A stretch of DNA of 64,000 nucleotides from an uncultured Gemmatimonadales bacterium (lineage in GTDB: Bacteria > Gemmatimonadota > Gemmatimonadetes > Longimicrobiales > Gaopeijiaceae), in NCBI GenBank assembly GCA_963809895.1, contig CAWELD010000010.1:736001-800000 (forward strand), read 5' to 3'. The notes under the pieces were generated by a model. It was given only the letters and a program-made list of their open reading frames with translations. It had not been told where the DNA came from and did not search any database. Positions 56,363-64,000 of the stretch are shown here, piece by piece. Numbering within the stretch: position 1 is the first letter of the stretch; each line of letters opens with the position of its first letter. The position numbers and the translations under genes were made by a program.

Positions 56363-57277
56363 ATGACCCAGGAACCATCGTTTACTCCCCTGGTGCTCCT
56401 CATCGAGGACCAGGAGTGGACCGCGCGGTCCCTCGAGAGCATCCTGAATCCCAACGGGTACGCCGTGTTCAAGGCGTACACCGGGCGCCAGGGATTGGAC
56501 ATCCTGCGCAAGATGATTCCGGACGTGATCCTGGTGAACCTGCGCCTGCCCGACATGACCGCGCTGGATGTGCTCAGGCGCCTGCGCACGATTCCGACGG
56601 TGTTCCCGTCCACGCCCCGCGTGGTGCTCACCACGGGCGCCATCTCCCACGCCGAGCGCATGCAGGTGCTCGAGGAGGGAGCCTGGGACGTGTTGAACCC
56701 CCCGTTCGATTCCCAGGACCTGACGGCCCGCATGGCGAACTGGGCCCGCGCCAAGCGCGACGCGGACCAGGCCCGGGACAACGGCCTCGTGGATCCCCTC
56801 ACCGGTCTGTACAACTTCAACGGACTCCTCCGTCGCATCGAGGAAATCGTGTCCGATGCCTCGCGCAACGAGCGCTACATCTCGTTCGTCATGGTGGGCC
56901 CGGCGTCGGCCGAAGAGCCCATCGTGCTCGAGACGCCCGACGAGAAGGGCGACGTGGCCAAACACCTCGGTCGCGCCCTGGCCTCCACGCTGCGCCTGTC
57001 CGACGCTGTCGGCCGCGTGGGCGAGACCGAGTTCGTGGTCATCGCCCCGGGAACCGACGAGCAGGGAGGGTCCATCCTGGCGCGACGGATCCTGGATGCC
57101 ATCCGGCACGAAGAGGATCTCGTGTCGCTCCGGGCCGGGGTCTACTCGGTGCGCAGGTCTCAGCTCGAGCCGATCTCCTCGCTCGACCTGCTCAGCCGAG
57201 CCACCGCGGCCCTGCGGCAGGCCCAGTCCCAGGGCGGGGACGAGGGGAACGGAGTCCGGTCGTTCCAGTTGAACTGA
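56363..57277 (+). CDS. Pseudo-receiver + degenerate GGDEF protein (PleD/PopA-like)
   Basis: Receiver with ILVNLRLPD (Asp to Asn) and NPPF (no Lys); DPLTGLYN; RLSDAVGRVGETEF. Confidence 0.85.
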   Translation: MTQEPSFTPLVLLIEDQEWTARSLESILNPNGYAVFKAYTGRQGLDILRKMIPDVILVNLRLPDMTALDVLRRLRTIPTVFPSTPRVVLTTGAISHAERMQVLEEGAWDVLNPPFDSQDLTARMANWARAKRDADQARDNGLVDPLTGLYNFNGLLRRIEEIVSDASRNERYISFVMVGPASAEEPIVLETPDEKGDVAKHLGRALASTLRLSDAVGRVGETEFVVIAPGTDEQGGSILARRILDAIRHEEDLVSLRAGVYSVRRSQLEPISSLDLLSRATAALRQAQSQGGDEGNGVRSFQLN

Positions 57278-57359
57278 CGGGCGCCGTCGCCGGCGCTGCG
57301 GCCGCCACCTGACCGTTCCTCCCCTCGCCCCACGCACCTGGGGACCAGGCCTGTAAGTC

Positions 57360-59765
57360 CTACATGGTCACCACCCGAGTCTCTTCCGGCTCCTCTCCTG
57401 GACGATATCCCGGCAGGTAGTAGGAGTAGTACCGGTAGGCTCCGTATGCGGACCCCGGTTCGATGTCGTTGAGCACGGCGCCCAGCAGCCGCACGGGCAG
57501 CCGGTAGAACGCCTCCATCTTCGCGCGGGCCAACTCCTTGTGGGTGCTGCCCGAACGCAGGACGATGAGCACGTTACCAGTGAGGGCGCCGATGATGAAC
57601 GCGTCGCTTCCCGCCGTCATGGGCGGTGAGTCGATGAGGATGACTTCGTAGCGGCGCTTGGCGGCGGCCAGAAGCTCCTGCATGTCCCGTGAGCTCAGGA
57701 GCTCGGGGGACTCCGTGAAGCGGGATCCGCACGGGAGGAAGTGCAGATTGTCGTGCTTGGTCTTCTGGATGGCCGAGCCGTCGACCTTGCGCTGGAAGAG
57801 GTCCGTGAGCCCCGGCTTGCGGTTCGCCTCGAACAGGTCGTGCATGTCACCGCGCCGCGTGTCGGCGTCGATGATCAGCGTCTTGCGGCCGAGCTGGGCG
57901 AAGGTGATGCCCAGGTTGGCGGAGACGAAGGTCTTGCCCTCGCCGCTCTCGGGGCTGGTGACCGACAGGATCAGCGGGCGGGTGTTGCCGTAGGCGTACT
58001 GCACACGCATGCGGATCTCGCGGAAGGCCTCCAGCACGACCTCGGCGTTGCCACGCTTGGCGGCCTTGACCTTCGGCACCGCGCCCAGGATCTCGAGCCC
58101 CATGGCCCGACTGACCTCGGTGGGATAGCGGAGGCGCGGATCGAAGGTGTCCAGCCCGACGGCCGCCAGCGCACCCAGCGCCACGCAGCCCAGGAAGGCC
58201 AGCGCGAACCAACGCACCCGGTCGTCGCGCGACGGCACCGTGGGCACGCTCGGGAAGTCGATGACCTGGAGGTCGTTGGCCGTGTTGGCCTTTGCGAGCT
58301 GAGAGGTGTTCAGCCGGCTCAGGACCTCCTGGTAGAGCGCGTTGGCCGAGGCCACCTCCTGCTGGAGCGTGGCCTCGCGGATGGACCGCGGCGGAATGCG
58401 CCTCAGTTCATCGGCCCTGGAGTCGAGGGTGGCCCGGAGGTCGGCCTCCTGCGACTGGAGGCGCCCGATGAGCTGGCGGGTGAGCGACGGGATGTCGCGC
58501 TGCTCGATCTGCTCGATGCGCGAGTCCAGGTCCTGCACGGCCGGATACTCGGGGGTGTAGCGTTGCAGGAGTTCGCGGCGCTCGCTCCGCTTGCTCACCA
58601 GGTCGCTCAGCGCCTGCTTCATCTCCGTGGAGTTGGCGACGGCCGGGATGATCTCGAAGCGCTCGACCCGCACCCCCTCGCTGGGGATGGACTCCAGGAG
58701 CCCCTGGAGCTGCTCGCGGTCCCGGCGCAGATCGTCGAGCTCCTGACGCTTGCTGAAGAAGTCGTTGAAGACGGTGTTCGTGGTCTGAGCCAGTCCCGCG
58801 GCCACCGGCGCGGATTCCTCGGTGGGCAGCGTGACGGTGTTGACCTTGAAGCTTTCGAAGGTGTTGCGAGCCGAGTCGAGCTTCGCTTCCGCGCTGGTCA
58901 ACTGGTTTCGTGTGTTCACGATCTGGGTGTCGAGCTGCGCGCGCTTGAGGCTCAGCGCCACCTCCAGGAGCCGGTCCATGACCGACTGCAGGACGCCGGT
59001 GATCCGCTCCGGGTCCTCCCCTTCCAGCGACAGCGTCATGAAGTTGCCGTCGCGGGTGATGCTGGCATTGATGCGTTCCCGGAGCTGGCGCGCCGCGTCC
59101 TGGGGCGTGACCACACGGAACTCGATCACGCGCCCGGGCGTCAGCTCGGAGGCCGGGGGCTGCCAGCGGAATCCCAGCTCGACGCCCACGGAGTCGCCCA
59201 CGGCGCCCCGCTCGAGCTCCACACCGTCGTCGGTGAACAACGTCCAGCTACCGCCGCCTTCGGCGACCTCGAGCTTGTAGCTTCCGACCCGGTACACGAA
59301 CTGGTCGGGGCGCTCGCCCCTGTTCACCTCGAAGTCCGCCAGGGCGTCGGCGTTCTCCGGTGCGGTCTGCACGTAGAGCCGCTCCTTGATCACCACCGGG
59401 TTCAGGACCGCGTTGGTACGCATCAAGTCCTGGTAGGCGGCGCCGTTCAGCAGCTCACTCTGCTGAATCGGGCCCGGGATGCCGGTGTTGGAGGACTGCA
59501 CGATCCAGAACTGCCCCTCGGTCTGATAGCGGGGCACGCCCAGGCGGTACGCCAACATGCCCGCACCCGCACCCACCACCACGGACAGGAGGAGGAGCCA
59601 GCGGTAGCGCTGCAGCGAGGCCAGGATGCGCTTGAGGGCCTGGCTGTTGTCGCCCTCCTCTTCGGGCTCGGGTCCCATCCACGGTTCGGCGGCACCCGCG
59701 TACTGGGGCGGACCAACCTGGCCCGATTCCTCTACGGGAACCGGCGGGCGTGCATCTTCGCTCAT
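57360..59765 (-). CDS. wzc: Polysaccharide co-polymerase tyrosine autokinase
   Basis: Two TMs with coiled-coil periplasmic region; SPESGEGKT (Walker A), IDADTRR, ILIDSPP; C-terminal Tyr cluster YGAYRYYSYY. Confidence 0.93.
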   Translation of the reverse strand: MSEDARPPVPVEESGQVGPPQYAGAAEPWMGPEPEEEGDNSQALKRILASLQRYRWLLLLSVVVGAGAGMLAYRLGVPRYQTEGQFWIVQSSNTGIPGPIQQSELLNGAAYQDLMRTNAVLNPVVIKERLYVQTAPENADALADFEVNRGERPDQFVYRVGSYKLEVAEGGGSWTLFTDDGVELERGAVGDSVGVELGFRWQPPASELTPGRVIEFRVVTPQDAARQLRERINASITRDGNFMTLSLEGEDPERITGVLQSVMDRLLEVALSLKRAQLDTQIVNTRNQLTSAEAKLDSARNTFESFKVNTVTLPTEESAPVAAGLAQTTNTVFNDFFSKRQELDDLRRDREQLQGLLESIPSEGVRVERFEIIPAVANSTEMKQALSDLVSKRSERRELLQRYTPEYPAVQDLDSRIEQIEQRDIPSLTRQLIGRLQSQEADLRATLDSRADELRRIPPRSIREATLQQEVASANALYQEVLSRLNTSQLAKANTANDLQVIDFPSVPTVPSRDDRVRWFALAFLGCVALGALAAVGLDTFDPRLRYPTEVSRAMGLEILGAVPKVKAAKRGNAEVVLEAFREIRMRVQYAYGNTRPLILSVTSPESGEGKTFVSANLGITFAQLGRKTLIIDADTRRGDMHDLFEANRKPGLTDLFQRKVDGSAIQKTKHDNLHFLPCGSRFTESPELLSSRDMQELLAAAKRRYEVILIDSPPMTAGSDAFIIGALTGNVLIVLRSGSTHKELARAKMEAFYRLPVRLLGAVLNDIEPGSAYGAYRYYSYYLPGYRPGEEPEETRVVTM

Positions 59766-60084
59766 CGGGATCCGGCGTGTTCTGGTCGAATTCTGGGGGC
59801 GAGTCGGGCGCCTTCACGGCGCGCCGAACGCGGAGTGGTCCCCATTTCCCTAGCAGGAAGGATACCAGCGGGGCCGCAGCAGGGAAACATTCGGGGTCAA
59901 CGGGCGCTTGTCGGGCGCCTGCGCGGAACGGCAGGTGGCGAAGAGTGATGGGCCAACGCCTCGCCGAGTGTTGCAGGATGCCAGAACTGTGGCATGAATG
60001 CGGCGCCTGTCGCTTCACCTCCGCACCCTGTTGCCCCTCAGATGCTTGCGTTTCCACGCCACGGAAGAAAGCTTTAGCCTACAA

Positions 60085-60100
60085 CGGCCCGATCGTTGCA
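60085..60100 (+). promoter_or_regulatory. Candidate sigma54 promoter for the NtrC-type regulator
   Basis: CGGCCCGATCGTTGCA (GG-N10-GC), downstream of phased TGTnGC sites. Confidence 0.5.
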
Positions 60101-60171
60101 AGCATCCCGCAGGTGTCGCGCGGAATTCGCTGCGCCGGGCCGTTCTCATCCACACCGAGGTGATTCTTGGC

Positions 60172-61707
60172 ATGACGACACCGTCGAACCAGGTCGGTTG
60201 GGCGGGAGCATATTCCCGGGGGCGCGGTAATGCGTCCGGGAGCGAGGATCCCGTTGCGGTACCGGCCGAGGTCAAGAAGACCATCTCGGTGCTGGTGGTG
60301 GACGACGAGCACACCTTGAGAGAGAGCTGTGCGTCGTTGCTCCGGTCCGAGGGATTCCAGACCGTCGATGCGTCGCGGGGCGAGGACGCCATCGAGCTCC
60401 TCAAGCGTCGCAAGTTCGACATCGTTCTCTCCGACATGTTCATGCCCAACGTCGGTGGGATGAAGATTCTGGAGTTCGTCCGCAAGGAGTCCCCCAACAC
60501 CCTGGTCATCCTGATGACCGGCAATCCCTCGGTGGAATCGAGCATCGAGGGACTGCGCGCGGGCGCGTGGGACTACCTGCCCAAGCCCTTCTCGGCCAGC
60601 CATCTCCACATCGTGGTGGGACGGGCCGCTCACACGGTCATGGTGAGCCGCGAGAGCAAGGAGTCGGGGGTCGACGTCGCCGGTGAGCTCGGACAGGGTG
60701 AGACCCGCATCCTCGGAATCTCGCCTCAGATCCACCAGGTCGTGTCGCTGGCGCGCAAGGTCGCCGCCACCGACGCCTCCGTGTTCATCACGGGTGAGAG
60801 TGGAACGGGAAAGGAGCTCATCGCCCACTTCATCCACGAGAACAGCAACCGCAAGACCAGGCAGCTGGTGCCGGTCAACTGCGCCGCCATGCCCGAGGCA
60901 CTGCTCGAGTCGGAGATGTTCGGGCACGTCCAGGGAGCGTTTACGGGTGCCGTCCGTGAAAAGAAGGGGCTCCTCGAAGTCGCTCACGGCGGCACCCTCT
61001 TCCTGGACGAGCTCACCGAGATGCCGGTGACCATCCAGGCCAAGCTGCTGCGGGTCATCCAGGACGGAGTCGTGCGCCGGGTGGGCAGCACGCGCACCGA
61101 CGCGGTCGTGAACGTGCGCTTCATCGCCGCCACGAACATCGATCCCGTCGAGGCGGTCCGGTCCGGCAATCTGCGCAAGGATCTCCACTACCGCCTGCGC
61201 GTGGTTCCGATCCAGATTCCTCCGCTGCGTGACCGGGTCGAAGACATCGCCATGCTGGCCGAGCACTTCCTGAAGGAGTTCTGGGTCATGCACCGGGGGG
61301 CGACCGAGGCTGCGCCGAGCCTGTCGGACTCGGCCCTGGACGCGTTGAGCTCCTGGCCATGGCGGGGGAACGTCCGGGAGCTCCGGAACGTGATCGAGCA
61401 CCTGGTGGTCCTGGCGGGACCCGGCGAGGAGGTGGGAGCGGACGCCGTTCCCTTCATCGCCGACGAGTTGGAGGAAGGCGGCGGCTTCGGGAGAATGTCG
61501 TTCCGGGATTCGTTTCGTGACGCCGACTACCACACGGCCCGGGACCGGGTTCTGGCGGAATTCGAGAAGGAGTACCTCGAATACGTCGTGCGCGAGGCGG
61601 GGGGCAACATCTCCGACGCGGCCCGCATGGCAGGGGTGGATCGGACCACGCTCTACCGCCTGATGGAGAAGCACGGGACGTCGAAGCGCGAGTTGCTGAG
61701 CAACTGA
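60172..61707 (+). CDS. NtrC-family sigma54-dependent response regulator
   Basis: Receiver, GESGTGKE, GAFTGA, LFLDE, WPWRGNVREL, Fis-type HTH; start approximate. Confidence 0.94.
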   Translation: MTTPSNQVGWAGAYSRGRGNASGSEDPVAVPAEVKKTISVLVVDDEHTLRESCASLLRSEGFQTVDASRGEDAIELLKRRKFDIVLSDMFMPNVGGMKILEFVRKESPNTLVILMTGNPSVESSIEGLRAGAWDYLPKPFSASHLHIVVGRAAHTVMVSRESKESGVDVAGELGQGETRILGISPQIHQVVSLARKVAATDASVFITGESGTGKELIAHFIHENSNRKTRQLVPVNCAAMPEALLESEMFGHVQGAFTGAVREKKGLLEVAHGGTLFLDELTEMPVTIQAKLLRVIQDGVVRRVGSTRTDAVVNVRFIAATNIDPVEAVRSGNLRKDLHYRLRVVPIQIPPLRDRVEDIAMLAEHFLKEFWVMHRGATEAAPSLSDSALDALSSWPWRGNVRELRNVIEHLVVLAGPGEEVGADAVPFIADELEEGGGFGRMSFRDSFRDADYHTARDRVLAEFEKEYLEYVVREAGGNISDAARMAGVDRTTLYRLMEKHGTSKRELLSN

Positions 61708-61797
61708 CCGCGTCCACGAGAGCGCCCATGTCCCCGCGTCGCGCGCCCGAAGCGGAGCCCGGCAGGGGTCTGCTGACTGATCTGGCCCGGGCCGTCG

Positions 61798-62811
61798 ATG
61801 GAGGACTGGCCCGCAGGCGCGCACGCGAATCCCGAGGCGCTGCGCGCGGAGTTGGACCGGATCGTCGCGTGGGTCGCTGCCCGGAAAGGGAGCACGACCG
61901 GCGAGGGTCCGCCGCCGCCCGAGCCCGATGACCGGTTCCTGCAGCGCCGCCTGCTGGAGTCGCTCCGCCTGCGGTGTCTGAGGCGTTGGGCCGAACCTGG
62001 CGAGCATCGAGACACCGATGCCGTGGCCTGCCTGGACCTGCTGGTGCTCCTGGACCAGCTCGGCCGGGCATCGCTCCCGGAAGACGCCCGGGACCTGGCG
62101 AGTCGACTCGCCGATCCGGACGGTTTCGAGCTTCTGGTCGAGCTCGCCCACGACCTTCGATCGCCGCTGACGTCCATCTCCTTCCTCGCCGAGACCCTGC
62201 GGGGGGGCTTCAGCGGCGATCTCAACGAGCAGCAACGGCATCAGCTCGGACTCATCTATTCGGCGGCCCTGGCGATGCAGTCGGTGGTCACGGACGTCAT
62301 GGACCTGGCACGTCACGGTGCCGACGTCCTGGACGAGGACGTGACGGCGTTCGCCCTGTCCGACGTCTTCGACGGCGTGCGCCGTCTCGTGGAGCCCATC
62401 GCGCAGGTGAAGGGACTGGAGTTGCGAGCCTCGGTACCGGACCACGAGCGGGTGCAGGGGCGTCCCACCGCCCTGAGCCGGGTGATCCTGAACCTGGTCA
62501 CCAACGGCCTCAAGTTCACCGAATCCGGCTACGTGGAGATGGCCGCCACCTGGGTCGGCCACGACGAGGTCGAGATCTCGGTGCGGGACACCGGACGCGG
62601 CATCGACCCCGAGAGCCAGGACGCCATGTTCCAGCCGTTCCGCAAGGCGCGGGATCGGCCGGGGTCCTTCTTTTCGGGGAGTGGGCTGGGACTGTCGGTG
62701 GTGCGGCGCCTCGTGGAGGCCCTGGGCTCGGAGCTGGAGTTCGAGACGCGGCCGGATTGGGGCACGCGGTTCTACTTCCGGATGGCGCTCCGGAGCGTGA
62801 GCCATTACTGA
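61798..62811 (+). CDS. Cytoplasmic histidine kinase (true start may be 61728 via a frameshift)
   Basis: AHDLRSPL, NLVTNGLKF, DTGRGI, GSGLGL; no TM segment. Confidence 0.88.
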   Translation: MEDWPAGAHANPEALRAELDRIVAWVAARKGSTTGEGPPPPEPDDRFLQRRLLESLRLRCLRRWAEPGEHRDTDAVACLDLLVLLDQLGRASLPEDARDLASRLADPDGFELLVELAHDLRSPLTSISFLAETLRGGFSGDLNEQQRHQLGLIYSAALAMQSVVTDVMDLARHGADVLDEDVTAFALSDVFDGVRRLVEPIAQVKGLELRASVPDHERVQGRPTALSRVILNLVTNGLKFTESGYVEMAATWVGHDEVEISVRDTGRGIDPESQDAMFQPFRKARDRPGSFFSGSGLGLSVVRRLVEALGSELEFETRPDWGTRFYFRMALRSVSHY

Positions 62812-63081
62812 GGCTCGCATGGGCTTTGCATCGTGACCAGACCGTGTCTGCGGACCGCTTGACGTGCCGCTGGCGCCACAAGTCCTGTAGCGTACGTCCA
62901 ACAAACGTGGGTCCCAGGCGTCAGTTCTCCTTCGTGGCCGGGTTGCTGTGAATCACCTAAGTCCTTGTGATCCATTGCACTTAGGAATATCTTCGAAAAA
63001 TTGCGCCGGATGTGAACGACCCTTGCTGAAAGACGAGGGAGAAGGCATCGTTTACGTCCGATCTCGCCAGCGAGGTTGTTC

Positions 63082-63867
63082 GTGCAGTCAACCGAACCTG
63101 CATCCATCGTCGTGAACCGCACCCGGACGGAGCCGCGCCCGTGGCTTCCGCCCCAGCGGTTCGGTGGCGTAACGTGGGAAGGTCCTGCGGAACCCGTGAA
63201 GAGACCCCTCCGGACCACCCGCGAGATACGCAACGCCTGGTGCCGTGCCCTGAACATCGGCGCGGCCTCGGCTCTGCTGATCCTTTTTTCGCCCGTCATG
63301 TTGCTCGTCGCGCTGGCCGTGAAGCTCACGAGCCGGGGGCCGATCATCTACACGCAGGAGCGCGTGGGCCTCGATCGCAGGCGTGGGCGCGGGGGACGGA
63401 TCCCCCGCAACCGCCGCCGCGACGACATGGGTGGGAAGATCTTCCGTGTCTACAAGTTCCGCACGATGCGGCACGCCGAGGCCGATACCGGCCAGACGTG
63501 GGCCTCGAAGGACGACCCGCGCATCACGCCGGTTGGGCGCCTGCTGCGCGCCTATCGCCTGGACGAGCTGCCCCAGCTCTTCAACGTGCTGAAGGGCGAC
63601 ATGAACGTTGTGGGGCCGCGCCCCGAGCAGCCGGAGATCTTCCAGCAGCTGCGGGCCGAGGTGGAAGGCTACGCCGACCGCCAGCGCGTGCTGCCGGGCA
63701 TCACCGGGTGGGCGCAGGTCAACCATCACTACGATCAGTGCGTCGAGGACGTGAAGAAGAAGCTGGCGCTCGATCTGGACTACATCTCGCGGCGCTCGCC
63801 CCTGGAGGATCTGAAGATCATGACGCGGACTCCTGTGGTCATGGTCCTCAAACAAGGGTCACAGTAG
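63082..63867 (+). CDS. Priming sugar-phosphate transferase (Bac_transf, WcaJ/EpsL-like short form)
   Basis: YKFRTM, DDPRIT.VG, LDELPQLFNVLKGDM..VGPRPE, PGITGWAQV; GAGG RBS before GTG. Confidence 0.93.
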   Translation: MQSTEPASIVVNRTRTEPRPWLPPQRFGGVTWEGPAEPVKRPLRTTREIRNAWCRALNIGAASALLILFSPVMLLVALAVKLTSRGPIIYTQERVGLDRRRGRGGRIPRNRRRDDMGGKIFRVYKFRTMRHAEADTGQTWASKDDPRITPVGRLLRAYRLDELPQLFNVLKGDMNVVGPRPEQPEIFQQLRAEVEGYADRQRVLPGITGWAQVNHHYDQCVEDVKKKLALDLDYISRRSPLEDLKIMTRTPVVMVLKQGSQ

Positions 63868-63880
63868 GGAAGGGGCTGCC

Positions 63881-64000
63881 GTGCTTGCTTCTCTGCGCGA
63901 TGCGCTGCGAGACCCCCGGAGGTCGGCTCCCCTCGTTGTCGGCGGGCTGGCCTTCGTCGTTCTGTTCTGGGCGCCCATCACGACCCTCGTGCGCGACTGG
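63881..64000 (+). CDS. Probable exosortase N-terminus (partial)
   Basis: MLASLRDALRDPRRSAPLVVGGLAFVVLFWAPITTLVRDW: TM followed by L..DW, and position after a priming transferase. Only 40 codons visible. Confidence 0.5.
   Translation, partial: MLASLRDALRDPRRSAPLVVGGLAFVVLFWAPITTLVRDW

Noticed and set aside
59990..60005. TGGCATGAATGCGGCG as a sigma54 promoter
   Set aside because: Has GG-N10-GC but a poor -12 element, and is better explained as one of the phased TGTnGC boxes; 60085-60100 fits better.
1..64000. Prophage, IS, integron, tRNA or rRNA
   Set aside because: No integrase, transposase, structural phage gene or recognisable RNA gene seen; composition looks uniform apart from promoter regions.

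Overview
High-GC bacterial chromosome segment, probably Gemmatimonadota/Longimicrobia. That placement is inferred from the PadR+ADOP permease pairs, long M14 peptidases, the DUF5916 protein and the exosortase-type EPS locus. The window has about 60 densely packed genes. Housekeeping genes: ppdK, dnaE, psd, pdxH, msrA, M3 oligopeptidase, cold-shock protein. Transport: MscS, PutP-like symporter, CPA antiporter, CDF exporter, two ADOP permeases. Also three DinB proteins, two-component systems, tandem M14 peptidases, and at the right end the start of a wza/wzc/priming-transferase/exosortase polysaccharide locus with an NtrC-type activator. I found no rRNA, tRNA, transposase, integrase or cas genes. 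Most notable unexplained features: (1) a non-coding array of inverted 16-nt arms with exact 61-nt periodicity and unique 24-nt spacers, just downstream of an orphan QueC-like PP-loop/Zn-cluster gene; (2) a stand-alone protein resembling the DNA-binding tail of HNH endonucleases, with no nuclease domain; (3) an independently transcribed D/E/W-rich microprotein; (4) a pseudo-receiver/degenerate-GGDEF protein with an intact RxxD I-site inside the EPS locus; (5) readable regulatory grammar: back-to-back sigma54 promoters, phased TGTnGC-N6-GCnACA boxes, a CCCCT-N9-AGGGG motif at both padR genes, and 11-bp-spaced OmpR-type repeats. Two clear and one possible +1 frameshifts suggest assembly indel errors. 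All calls come from reading motifs by eye; no database searches were run.
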